Assembly (NCBI GenBank): GCA_034933465.1
Contig: JAYFNM010000057.1
Location: forward strand, 37,414-101,413
Length of the DNA: 64,000 nt
DNA from: Oscillospiraceae bacterium
GTDB taxonomy: Bacteria; Bacillota; Clostridia; Oscillospirales; Oscillospiraceae
Direction of reading: 5' to 3'
In this document: one piece after another, positions 55,355-64,000 of the stretch
Layout: the number at the start of each line of letters is the position of its first letter
How positions within the stretch are numbered: the first letter of the stretch is position 1
The notes under the pieces: generated by a model
Seen by the model: only the letters and a program-made list of their open reading frames with translations
What the model was told of the DNA's origin: nothing
The model's database searches: none
Made by a program: the position numbers and the translations under genes

Positions 55355-57060
55355 AGAACAAGGGGCTGCGGATGAACACCGTTCTGGTGCTCTCTCTGCT
55401 CGGCACGGTCATCGCCGTGCTGCTGTGCACGATACTGCTCTTTTTGCAGACCTATCAGGCCTCGCTCATCCGCAGCGCCGAGACCTCCGGCCGCCGCACC
55501 ATCGCCCAGGTCTGCAACACCGTGGACGACTATCTGGGCAATATGAACGGGGTCATGGACTATATAGAGGGCTCCCTCGGGAGCGCGGAGGAGAACAGGG
55601 AGGAATTTTTCGACGTCTTTTTCCGCATCCGGCCGGACGTCGTCTCGGCGACGACCTACAACGCCGCGGGCGAGCTTGTCAACTGCTACAGCCCCGGCCG
55701 CAGCGTCCGCCCGGAGATCCTTGAAAACCTCTCCTTCAGCCCGGCGCTCCTCGGCGAGTATACCGACGGCTACGTCTCCGCCCCGCATGTGGCCTCCATC
55801 TTCGAGGGCTACTACCCCTGGGTCGTCACGATGGTGTCCGCGCTCGACGCGCCCGGCGACGAGCGCTATATCGCGCTGGACATAAGCTGCACCAACATCT
55901 CCTCCTATATAAATGACGTCGGCATCGGGCAGCACGGCTACTGCTTCCTTATGGACCCGGACGGGAACATCGTCTTCCACCCCCAGCAGCAGCTCCTGTA
56001 TTCCGAGCTCAAGATCGAGAACATCGAGCTCATCTCCAGCCTTGACGACGGCAGCCACGTCGAGGGCAGCGTCATATACACCCTCCAGTCTCTGGAAAAC
56101 GGCCGCTGGCGCGTGGTCGGCGTGAGCTTCGTGCAGGAGCTCATCTCCGACAGCGTGATGGAGGTCGCCGGCATACTGATAGTCGCCGCGGCGGTGATTT
56201 TCGTGGCGACGGTGGTGATAAGCGCGGTGCTCTCCCAGGTGCTCTCCCGCCCGATACACGGCCTTGCCGACGCGATGCAGCAGTTTGAGCAGGACGCGGA
56301 CAACTTCACCTACGAGCCGGTGGGCGGCGCGCAGGAGGTGCGCATTCTGTCGGAGTCGTTCAGCCACATGGTGCTGAAAATACAAAAGCTGATGGACACC
56401 GTGCGCGGGGAGGAGATAAACCTCCGCAAGACCGAGCTGCGCGCGCTGCAGGCGCAGATAAACCCGCATTTTCTGTACAACACGCTCGACTCCATCTCCT
56501 GGATGTGCGAGCGCGGCAAAAACGCGGAGGCCGTCCAGATGGTCAACGCGCTCGCGCGGCTGTTTCGGATAAGCATCAGCCGCGGCCACGAGCTCATCCC
56601 CATCCGCAGCGAGCTGCAACACGCGGAGAGCTATCTGCAAATCCAGTCCTACAGATATAAAAACCAGTTCACCTATTCCTTTGAGGCCGATGAGGACTGC
56701 CTCGACTATCTCTGCAACAAGATAACGCTCCAGCCCATCATCGAAAACGCCATATATCACGGCATAAACGGTCTGGTGGACGAGGGCAGGATAAGCGTGC
56801 GCCTGCGCGCCGACGGGGACGACGTCGTCTTCACCGTCGAGGACAACGGCACCGGCATGGACGGCGCGCAGATAGAGGCCATCATGAGCAAGGAGCACAG
56901 CGACAGCGCCGGGATAGGCATAAAGAACGTCAACGACCGGCTGAAGATCTATTTCGGCGGCCGCTACGGCATACAGATAGACAGCACGCCCGACGAGGGC
57001 ACGCGGGTATACATCCGAATGCCGAAGGTGCGCGAGGAGGCCGAGTATGAAAAACGTTGA
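55351..57060 (+). CDS. sensor histidine kinase, YesM/LytS-type
   Basis: 569 aa with 2 TM helices, an extracytoplasmic domain and HAMP. The His_kinase block is LQAQINPHFLYNTLDSISW and the HATPase block is VEDNGTGM. GTGA overlap with the response regulator gene. Confidence 0.85.
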   Translation: MKNKGLRMNTVLVLSLLGTVIAVLLCTILLFLQTYQASLIRSAETSGRRTIAQVCNTVDDYLGNMNGVMDYIEGSLGSAEENREEFFDVFFRIRPDVVSATTYNAAGELVNCYSPGRSVRPEILENLSFSPALLGEYTDGYVSAPHVASIFEGYYPWVVTMVSALDAPGDERYIALDISCTNISSYINDVGIGQHGYCFLMDPDGNIVFHPQQQLLYSELKIENIELISSLDDGSHVEGSVIYTLQSLENGRWRVVGVSFVQELISDSVMEVAGILIVAAAVIFVATVVISAVLSQVLSRPIHGLADAMQQFEQDADNFTYEPVGGAQEVRILSESFSHMVLKIQKLMDTVRGEEINLRKTELRALQAQINPHFLYNTLDSISWMCERGKNAEAVQMVNALARLFRISISRGHELIPIRSELQHAESYLQIQSYRYKNQFTYSFEADEDCLDYLCNKITLQPIIENAIYHGINGLVDEGRISVRLRADGDDVVFTVEDNGTGMDGAQIEAIMSKEHSDSAGIGIKNVNDRLKIYFGGRYGIQIDSTPDEGTRVYIRMPKVREEAEYEKR

Positions 57061-58021
57061 AAAGCGGCGTCTCGCCGCGCTGCTCGCCTGTATCGCGCTG
57101 CTGCTGTGCGGCTGCGCCTCGGGCGAGACCTCAAGCGCCCCGTACAGGGTGAGCTTCGTGGCCAAATCCACCGACACGGAGTTTTGGCAGGCGGCCTTCG
57201 CCGGGGCGAACGCCGCCAAGGCCGAGTACAACATCGACCTGAGCATCTGCGGCCCGGAGACCGAGGAGGACTATGAGGCGCAGAACGAATACATCGCGCA
57301 GGCGGTGGCGGACGGGGCAGAGGCGCTCGTCTTCTCCGCCATAAGCTATACCGAAAACGCCGCCGCCATCGACGCGGCCGCCGCGGCTGGCGTGAAGATC
57401 GTCGTCATCGACAGCGACGTCGACTCGGACAGCGTCGACGTGCGCATCGGCACGGACAATATCGAGGCCGGCCGCATGACGGCCGCCGCCGCGCTCGATA
57501 ACGACTTCGAGGAGCTGGTCGTCGGCATCGTCAATTACGACCTCGGCAGCCGCAACGGGCAGGAGCGGGAGCAGGGCTTTCGCGAAGCGCTCGCCGGGGA
57601 CGCGAGAGTGGCGCAGCTATACACCATAAACGTCCTCACGACGCCGGAGGCCGCCATGCAGGCCACCGAGCAGCTTCTCCGCGAGCACCCGGGCATAAAC
57701 GTCCTCGTCGGCTTCAACGAGCCGCTCGCCGTGGGCGTCGCGATGGCGGTGGACGACATGGGGCTGGAGGGCAGGGTGCGCGCGGTCGGCTTCGACACAA
57801 ACGTCAAATGCATCGACCTCATGCAGACCGGCGCGGTCTCCGCGCTCATCGTCCAGAACCCCTATGCCATGGGCTATCTCGGCGTGGAGGCCGCGTGGAA
57901 GCTACTGGAGGGCTCGGGCAGCTTTGATGCGAACGTGCTGCTGGACACCTCCACAACGATCATCACCAAGGAGAACATGTTCACGCCCGAGAGCCAGAAG
58001 ACCCTGTTCCCCTTCGGCTGA
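57047..58021 (+). CDS. periplasmic-binding-protein (type I sugar-binding) lipoprotein, likely sensor partner of the kinase
   Basis: 324 aa with lipobox LLLCGC|AS and a ribose/galactose-binding-protein-like fold (VSFVAKSTDTEFWQ). Overlaps the kinase gene by 14 nt. Confidence 0.75.
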   Translation: MKNVEKRRLAALLACIALLLCGCASGETSSAPYRVSFVAKSTDTEFWQAAFAGANAAKAEYNIDLSICGPETEEDYEAQNEYIAQAVADGAEALVFSAISYTENAAAIDAAAAAGVKIVVIDSDVDSDSVDVRIGTDNIEAGRMTAAAALDNDFEELVVGIVNYDLGSRNGQEREQGFREALAGDARVAQLYTINVLTTPEAAMQATEQLLREHPGINVLVGFNEPLAVGVAMAVDDMGLEGRVRAVGFDTNVKCIDLMQTGAVSALIVQNPYAMGYLGVEAAWKLLEGSGSFDANVLLDTSTTIITKENMFTPESQKTLFPFG

Positions 58022-58193
58022 TTTGTGGAAAACTCACAAAAACACTCCGGCATTTTTGTGAGGTCTTAAAAAACAAAATAAGATATTTAACATTCATCGT
58101 AAGTATTCGCATTGTTTTTTCCTGTTTCTCTGTTAAAATCAAAGCATGGCTTGGTATTCGTACCAAAATACATATTTTATGGAGGAAAAAGCA

Positions 58194-59330
58194 ATGAAAA
58201 AGATCCTTGCAATGCTGCTTGCGCTCGTAATGGTATTCGCGCTGTGCGCCTGCGGCACGACCACGACCACCCCCACCGCTACTGAGGCTCCCGCAGCTGA
58301 GGAGACCGCGCTGAAGGTCGGCGTATTCTACTATGCCTTCTCCGACACTTACATTTCCACCGTCCGCACCGCTCTGGACGCCGAGCTGACCGCCAGAAAC
58401 GTCACCTTCCAGAACTTCGACGGCAACAACAACCAGACCACCCAGAACGAGCAGATCCAGACCGCCATCACCGACGGCTACAACATGCTCGTCGTCAACA
58501 TGGTCACCTCCGGCTCTCCCGACGTCGCCAATGAGATCATCTCCATCGCCGGCGACGTCCCCGTGGTCTTCTTCAACCGCGCCATCGAGGCCGACGGCGA
58601 GGAGGGCACCGTCCTCAACGCCAACGAGAACATCTGCTTCATCGGCACCGACGCCCCCGAAGCCGGACATCTGCAGGGCAAGATGGTCGGCGAGTACCTG
58701 CTCGCCAACTACGAGAAGGTTGACCTCAACGGCGACGGCACCATCTCCTACGCGATGTTCAAGGGTGACGAGGCCAACGTCGAGGCTATCTACCGCACCC
58801 AGTACGGTGTTGAGGATGCAGACGCGGTTCTGACCGCCGCCGGCAAGCCCGCTCTCTCCTACTTTGACGCCGCCAACACCACCAAGTACCAGGTTGACCT
58901 CAACGGCTCCTGGTCCGCTCAGGCCGCTCTGGACTACATGAACACCAACCTCTCCCAGTTCAACGTGGCCAACAAGAACATGATCGAGCTCATCATCTGC
59001 AACAACGACAACATGGCCGAGGGCTGCATCTCCGCCCTTGAGGCCGCCGGCTTCAACACCGGCGCCGCCGACGTCACCACCATCCCCGTGTTCGGTGTGG
59101 ACGCGACCGACGCCGCCAAGGAGCTCATCGCCGCCGGCAAGATGACCGGCACGGTCAAGCAGGACGCCGAGGGCATGGCGGCCGCCATCGCAATGGCAGT
59201 CGAGTCTGTCGGCACCGGCTCCACCATGATCGAGGCTCTTGCCGTCATCGTCGATTCCGACGAGATGTACACCCTGGCCGACGGCATTGCCAACAAGCTC
59301 TTCGTCGCCTACGCTCCTTATACTGCATAA
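58194..59330 (+). CDS. mglB: galactose/glucose (methyl-galactoside) ABC transporter substrate-binding lipoprotein
   Basis: Lipobox LVMVFALCAC|G and MglB-like blocks (VGVFYYAFSDTYISTVR, GNNNQTTQNEQIQTAI). ATG 58194 follows SD GGAGGA. Confidence 0.75.
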   Translation: MKKILAMLLALVMVFALCACGTTTTTPTATEAPAAEETALKVGVFYYAFSDTYISTVRTALDAELTARNVTFQNFDGNNNQTTQNEQIQTAITDGYNMLVVNMVTSGSPDVANEIISIAGDVPVVFFNRAIEADGEEGTVLNANENICFIGTDAPEAGHLQGKMVGEYLLANYEKVDLNGDGTISYAMFKGDEANVEAIYRTQYGVEDADAVLTAAGKPALSYFDAANTTKYQVDLNGSWSAQAALDYMNTNLSQFNVANKNMIELIICNNDNMAEGCISALEAAGFNTGAADVTTIPVFGVDATDAAKELIAAGKMTGTVKQDAEGMAAAIAMAVESVGTGSTMIEALAVIVDSDEMYTLADGIANKLFVAYAPYTA

Positions 59331-59350
59331 GTTCTCAGCACACCTAAACG

Positions 59351-59381
59351 GGGGCAGCTGTCGTTCGGCGGCAGCTGCCCC
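59351..59381 (+). other. intra-operon hairpin between mglB and mglA
   Basis: GGGGCAGCTG ... CAGCTGCCCC forms a stem of at least 10 bp, followed by TTTC. It is a plausible partial terminator or mRNA stabiliser. Confidence 0.5.
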
Positions 59382-59423
59382 TTTCAATCAATCGGCTTTC
59401 CGCGAAAAAAGGGAGGGAAAGGT

Positions 59424-60920
59424 ATGGATCAGGATATCCTGCTGAGGATGACGGATATCACAAAGACATTTCCCGGCGTCAAGGCTCTGGACCGCGTCTC
59501 TCTGGAGCTGGAAAAAGGCACGGTCCATGCTCTGATGGGCGAAAACGGCGCCGGAAAATCCACGCTGATGAAATGCCTCTTCGGCATATACAGCAAGGAC
59601 AGCGGCAGTATCTGCCTCGAGGGCAGGGAGGTTGACTTCAAGAGCAGCAAGGAGGCGCTCACTAACGGCGTCGCCATGGTGCATCAGGAGCTCAACCAGG
59701 CGCTCAAGCGCTCCGTGATGGACAACTACTGGCTCGGCCGCTACCCGCTGGCCGGCGGCATCATGGTCAATGAGCGCAAAATGTACAAGGACACGATGGC
59801 CGTCTTCAAGGAACTCGGCATAGACGTCGATCCGCGTAGGATCATGAGCACGATGCCCGTCTCGCAGCGGCAGATGGTGGAGATAGCCAAGGCCGTCTCG
59901 TATCACTCGAAGGTCATCGTCTTCGACGAGCCGACCTCCTCGCTCACCGAGGAAGAGGTCGAGCACCTGTTCAAGATAATTAACATGCTCCGCGACCGGG
60001 GCATGGGCATCATATATATATCCCACAAGATGGCTGAGATAAAGCGCATCTCCGACACGATAACCGTCATGCGCGACGGCGCGAACGTGGCCACAAAGCC
60101 CGCGAGCGAGCTTGAGGTCAACGATATCATCCGGCTGATGGTCGGCCGGGAGCTCTCGAACCAGTTCCCGCCCAAGACCAACAAGCCCGGCGAGCCCTAC
60201 CTCAGGGTCGAAAACCTCACCGCGCAGTACTCCCTGCTGAGGGACGTCTCCTTTGAGGCGCGGCGCGGCGAGATACTCGGCCTCGCGGGGCTCGACGGCA
60301 GCGGCCGCACGGAGACGCTGGAGAACATCTTCGGCGTGGCCACGCGAAAATCCGGCACGATAACGCTCGACGGCAGACCCTGCAAAAACCGCAGCGCGAG
60401 CGAGTCCATAAAGAACGGCTTTGCGCTGCTGACAGAGGAGCGCCGCTCCACGGGCATCTTCTCCATCCTGAACATCCGCGAGAACACCGTCATATCCAGC
60501 CTGAAAAAGCATCTGCGCGGGCTTTGGCTCAGCGGACGCTCCATGAGGGCGGACACCCAGTGGTCCATAGACGCGATGCGCACCAAGACGCCCTCTCAGG
60601 ACACGAAGATCCGCTCCCTCTCAGGCGGCAACCAGCAAAAGGTCATCATCGGCCGCTGGCTGCTGACGGAGCCGGACGTGCTGCTGCTCGACGAGCCCAC
60701 CCGCGGCATAGACGTGGGCGCGAAATACGAGATATACCAGCTCATCCTGGATCTGGCGAACAAGGGGAAGACCGTGCTGGTCGTCTCCTCGGAGATGCCG
60801 GAGCTTCTGGGTATCTGCGACCGGATACTTGTCATGTCCGGCGGCAGGCTGGCCGGGGAAGTGGACGCCAGAGCCACCACCCAGGAGGATATAATGCGTC
60901 TGGCCGCGAAATATGCATAA
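59424..60920 (+). CDS. mglA: sugar (galactose/methyl-galactoside) ABC transporter ATP-binding protein, duplicated ATPase
   Basis: 498 aa with two nucleotide-binding domains (GENGAGKST; GLDGSGRTE). Signature is LSGGNQQKV. Confidence 0.85.
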   Translation: MDQDILLRMTDITKTFPGVKALDRVSLELEKGTVHALMGENGAGKSTLMKCLFGIYSKDSGSICLEGREVDFKSSKEALTNGVAMVHQELNQALKRSVMDNYWLGRYPLAGGIMVNERKMYKDTMAVFKELGIDVDPRRIMSTMPVSQRQMVEIAKAVSYHSKVIVFDEPTSSLTEEEVEHLFKIINMLRDRGMGIIYISHKMAEIKRISDTITVMRDGANVATKPASELEVNDIIRLMVGRELSNQFPPKTNKPGEPYLRVENLTAQYSLLRDVSFEARRGEILGLAGLDGSGRTETLENIFGVATRKSGTITLDGRPCKNRSASESIKNGFALLTEERRSTGIFSILNIRENTVISSLKKHLRGLWLSGRSMRADTQWSIDAMRTKTPSQDTKIRSLSGGNQQKVIIGRWLLTEPDVLLLDEPTRGIDVGAKYEIYQLILDLANKGKTVLVVSSEMPELLGICDRILVMSGGRLAGEVDARATTQEDIMRLAAKYA

Positions 60921-60933
60921 GGGAGGCCGCAGC

Positions 60934-62028
60934 ATGACAAACCCTGTAAAAAATCTTCAGCGCACAGCCGAGGAGTACCGCAAGCTCGACCGCGGCGACA
61001 AGCGCCGCTTCTGGAGCGACGGGTTCCTGAATAACGCGCTGTACATATTGATGGTGATCTTCATCATCTATACCTCCGTCAAGAACAAAAACTTTGTCAG
61101 CCCCGCCTCAATAGTGAACATCGTCTCCCTGGCCGCCGCCTCTCTGCCCATAGCGCTCGGCATAGGCGGCTGCATCGTCCTGACCGGCACAGACCTGTCC
61201 GCCGGGCGCGTCGTCGGCCTCACCGCCGCCATCGCGGGCGCCATGCTCCAGAACTCCGAGATATCGCGGAAGATGTTCGCGAACCTCCCCGCCATCACCC
61301 CGGGCTGGATACTGCTCGTCGTGCTCGGCGTCGTGCTGGTGGGCGCGGTGATCGGCCTTGTCAACGGCTTCTTCGTGGCCAAGTTCAGCCTGCACCCCTT
61401 TATCGTCACGCTGGCCACGCAGCTCATAACCTACGGCCTCATCCTCATCTTCTTCATGCTCAACGGCAACAACGGCCAGCCCGTCTCCGGCCTGTCGCAG
61501 AACTATAAGGATGTGGTCTCCGCCGCGTTTATCGAGTTCAAGATCAACGGCGTCGCCGTCTCCATCCCCTGGTATGTGCTCTACGCGATACTGCTGGTCG
61601 CGCTGATGTGGTTTATCTGGAACAAGACCACCTTCGGCAAGAACATGTTCGCCGTCGGCTCCAACCCCGAGGCCGCCAAGGTCTCCGGCGTCAACGTCTT
61701 CTGGACCACCGTCCTGGTACACACTCTCGCCGGCGCGACCTACGGCTTCACCGGCTTCATAGAGGGCGCGCGCATCAGCTCCATCACCCAGTCCGCCGGC
61801 CTCAACTACGAGTGCGACGCGATCGCCGCCTGCGTCATAGGCGGCGTGTCCTTCGTCGGCGGCACCGGCAAGATAAGCGGCATAGTGCTCGGCGTGTTCG
61901 TGCTGCGCATAATATTCGTCGCGCTGTCCATGCTCGGCATAGACCCCAGCCTGCAATACATCATCAAGGGCGCGATAATCCTCGCCGCCTGCTCGCTGGA
62001 TATGCGCAAATACCTCGTGCGCAAATAA
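60934..62028 (+). CDS. mglC: sugar ABC transporter permease
   Basis: About 364 aa polytopic protein. ATG 60934 follows SD GGGAGG. It has an N-terminal cytoplasmic extension. Confidence 0.8.
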   Translation: MTNPVKNLQRTAEEYRKLDRGDKRRFWSDGFLNNALYILMVIFIIYTSVKNKNFVSPASIVNIVSLAAASLPIALGIGGCIVLTGTDLSAGRVVGLTAAIAGAMLQNSEISRKMFANLPAITPGWILLVVLGVVLVGAVIGLVNGFFVAKFSLHPFIVTLATQLITYGLILIFFMLNGNNGQPVSGLSQNYKDVVSAAFIEFKINGVAVSIPWYVLYAILLVALMWFIWNKTTFGKNMFAVGSNPEAAKVSGVNVFWTTVLVHTLAGATYGFTGFIEGARISSITQSAGLNYECDAIAACVIGGVSFVGGTGKISGIVLGVFVLRIIFVALSMLGIDPSLQYIIKGAIILAACSLDMRKYLVRK

Positions 62029-62052
62029 AACGCGGTTTCGGAGGATACTGGC

Positions 62053-63231
62053 ATGTACGAACAGCTGAAGCAAAAATTCAGCGAGACCTTTGCCCGGCCG
62101 GCGGAGCTTATCTTCTCCGCCCCCGGGCGTACGGAGCTCGGCGGGAACCACACGGACCACCAGTCCGGCCGCGTCCTCGCCGGCGCCGTCAGCGTCGATA
62201 CCGTGGCCGCCGTCTCCGCCGGAGGCGACGGCCCTATATGCGTCCTGTCGGAGGGCTATCCCCTCTTCCGTATGGAGCTGAGCGAGCTTGACGCCCGGCC
62301 GGAGGAACGTGGCAGCTCGGCCGCGCTCGTGCGCGGCATCGCCGCCGGCTTTGCGCGGCGCGGCTTTCCCCTGCGCGGCTTCTCCGCCTGCGTCCGCTCA
62401 GACGTCCTGCCCGGCAGCGGGCTGTCCTCGTCGGCGGCCTTCGAGGTGCTCATAGGCACGATCATAAACCATATCTGCGCCTGCGGCCTGAGCCCCGTCG
62501 AGATAGCCAAGCTCGGCCGGTACGCGGAAAACGTGTATTTCGGCAAGCCCTGCGGCCTCATGGATCAGACCGCCTCCGCGGTGGGTAACATAGTATATAT
62601 AGATTTTGCCGACCCCGACAGCCCGAAGGTCGAGCCGGTGGATTTCGACTTCAACAAGTGCGGCCACGCCCTGTGTATAATAAACAGCGGCGCGGATCAC
62701 GCCGACCTCACGGCGGAGTACGCCGCCATCCCGGACGAGCTCGCGAAGGTCAGCGCCGTGTTCGGGAAGGAGCGCCTGCGGCAGGTGCCGGAGGAGGACT
62801 TCTTCCGCCGCATCTCCGAGGTGCGCGCCGCGGCGGGCGACCGGGCGGCGCTGCGCGCGATACACATTTTTGAGGACAACCGCCGGGTGGGCGCCCAGGT
62901 GGACGCCCTCAGGAGTAACGATTTCGCGCGTTTTCTCGCGCTCGTGTCCGAGTCGGGGCGCTCCTCGTGGATGCACCTGCAAAACGTCGTCCCCACGGGA
63001 GCCGCCGCCCATCAGGAGCTGGCCTTCACCCTCGCGCTGGCCGAAAGGCTGCTCGGCGGGCGCGGCGCCTTCCGCGTACACGGCGGCGGCTTCGCCGGAA
63101 CCATACAGGCCTTCGTGCCGCTGGATCTGCTGGAAGCCTTCCGCGCGGAGACGGACAGGGTGCTCGGCGGCGGGAGCTGTCAGGCGCTGTCCATCCGCAG
63201 GGCGGGCGGCGTCCTGCTCGAGAAACTTTAA
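62053..63231 (+). CDS. galK: galactokinase (GHMP kinase family), atypical signature
   Basis: 392 aa. It carries APGRTELGGNHTDHQSG in place of the canonical GRVNLIGEHTDY, and GHMP motif PGSGLSSSAAFEV. It sits between mglC and galT. Confidence 0.7.
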   Translation: MYEQLKQKFSETFARPAELIFSAPGRTELGGNHTDHQSGRVLAGAVSVDTVAAVSAGGDGPICVLSEGYPLFRMELSELDARPEERGSSAALVRGIAAGFARRGFPLRGFSACVRSDVLPGSGLSSSAAFEVLIGTIINHICACGLSPVEIAKLGRYAENVYFGKPCGLMDQTASAVGNIVYIDFADPDSPKVEPVDFDFNKCGHALCIINSGADHADLTAEYAAIPDELAKVSAVFGKERLRQVPEEDFFRRISEVRAAAGDRAALRAIHIFEDNRRVGAQVDALRSNDFARFLALVSESGRSSWMHLQNVVPTGAAAHQELAFTLALAERLLGGRGAFRVHGGGFAGTIQAFVPLDLLEAFRAETDRVLGGGSCQALSIRRAGGVLLEKL

Positions 63232-63251
63232 AAAAAGGAAAACGGCGAAAA

Positions 63252-64000
63252 ATGAAAGCATATATTGACGCGCTCATCAAATACGCCCTCGACCGGGAGC
63301 TCATCCGGCGCGGCGACGAGAGCTTTATTTTCAACCGCCTGCTGGAGATAATGGGTCTGGACTCGGCGGCGGACGGCGCTCCCGTCGATGCTCCCCTGCC
63401 GGAGATACTCTCCGCGCTGACCGACGACGCCGTGAAACGGGGTCTGCTCGACGACAACATCACCGCGCGCGACCTGTTCGACACGCGGCTCATGGGCGCC
63501 GTGACCCCCCTTCCGCACGAGGTGCGCGCCTGCTTCGAGGCGCTCCGCGCCGTCAGTCCCGAGGCCGCGACCGACTGGTACTACGACTTCAGCCGCGACA
63601 CGAACTATATCCGGCGCGACCGCATCGCGAAGGATCTGCGCTGGGTATACGACAGCGAGTACGGCCCGCTCGACATCACGATAAACCTCTCGAAGCCCGA
63701 GAAGGATCCGCGCGCCATCGCGGCGGCGCGGCTCGCGCCTCAGTCGTCCTATCCCAAGTGTCAGCTCTGCGCCGAGAACGAGGGCTACGCCGGGCGGATG
63801 AACCACCCCGCGCGTCAGAACCTGCGCCTCATCCCGGTCACTATCGACGGGAGCGACTGGTTCTGGCAGTACTCCCCCTATGTCTACTACAACGAGCACT
63901 GCATCGTCCTCAACGGCGAGCACCGACCCATGAAGATAGACCGGGCGGCCTTCAGCAAGCTCTTTGATTTTGTCCGCCAGTTCCCGCATTATTTTCTCGG
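63252..64000 (+). CDS. galT: galactose-1-phosphate uridylyltransferase (Firmicutes type 2), N-terminal ~250 aa; 3' end outside window
   Basis: The frame is open from ATG 63252 to the window end. It reads MKAYIDALIKYAL...YPKCQLCAENEGYAGRMNHPARQNLRLIPV..WFWQYSPYVYYNEHCIVL. This ORF is absent from the ORF track because no stop is reached. Confidence 0.85.
   Translation, partial: MKAYIDALIKYALDRELIRRGDESFIFNRLLEIMGLDSAADGAPVDAPLPEILSALTDDAVKRGLLDDNITARDLFDTRLMGAVTPLPHEVRACFEALRAVSPEAATDWYYDFSRDTNYIRRDRIAKDLRWVYDSEYGPLDITINLSKPEKDPRAIAAARLAPQSSYPKCQLCAENEGYAGRMNHPARQNLRLIPVTIDGSDWFWQYSPYVYYNEHCIVLNGEHRPMKIDRAAFSKLFDFVRQFPHYFL

Overview
This is a high-GC, GC3-biased chromosomal segment. Gene content and operon layout suggest a Gram-positive anaerobe, probably Clostridia and Oscillospiraceae/Ruminococcaceae-like; that taxon call is my inference. 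I support about 50 real genes. Most long ORFs lying antisense to them are GC-driven shadow ORFs.

Gene order, left to right:
- rpoN (3' part), a sigma-54 enhancer-binding protein, a -24/-12 promoter, then a GlcD/LctD-type FAD dehydrogenase with etfB and etfA.
- An arsR-HMA-P1B ATPase metal-efflux operon, followed 29 bp later by a minimal sufC/sufBD-like pair.
- ppdK, then rsmA.
- The ylxM-ffh-rpsP-KH-(lipoprotein)-rimM-trmD cluster, in which trmD is fused to a GNAT domain.
- A roughly 2230-codon cyclic beta-1,2-glucan-synthase-like gene (GT84-like plus GH94-like) interrupted by a single in-frame TAG.
- An M16 peptidase pair and lgt.
- GT2-GtrA and an LCP protein.
- A TrpXYZ-type (COG2984/4120/1101) ABC importer preceded by a Tyr/Phe-rich leader ORF and an intrinsic terminator.
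- A 0.45-kb block of palindromic repeats.
- An MMPL transporter translationally coupled to a 959-aa GLUG-repeat surface protein.
- A GNAT gene, then a MocR-type regulator divergent from an ECF-S-like membrane protein.
- tRNA-Gln(CUG) with a duplicated 3' end.
- An OmpR/HK two-component system followed by a MacB-type ABC transporter that carries a 4x beta-sandwich membrane protein.
- A YesN/YesM-like regulator, kinase and binding-protein sugar sensor, then mglBAC, galK and galT (3' truncated).

I saw no CRISPR array, rRNA, transposase, integrase, or recognisable phage or defence genes.

The most noteworthy observations are:
- the Tyr/Phe leader-peptide attenuator candidate at 34.7 kb;
- the single amber codon in the giant glucan synthase gene;
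- the self-contained sigma-54 cassette;
- the TrmD-GNAT fusion;
- the MMPL-GLUG and ABC-CARDB modules;
- a palindromic repeat family;
- a tRNA 3'-end duplication.

All family assignments come from motifs read by eye. No database search was possible.
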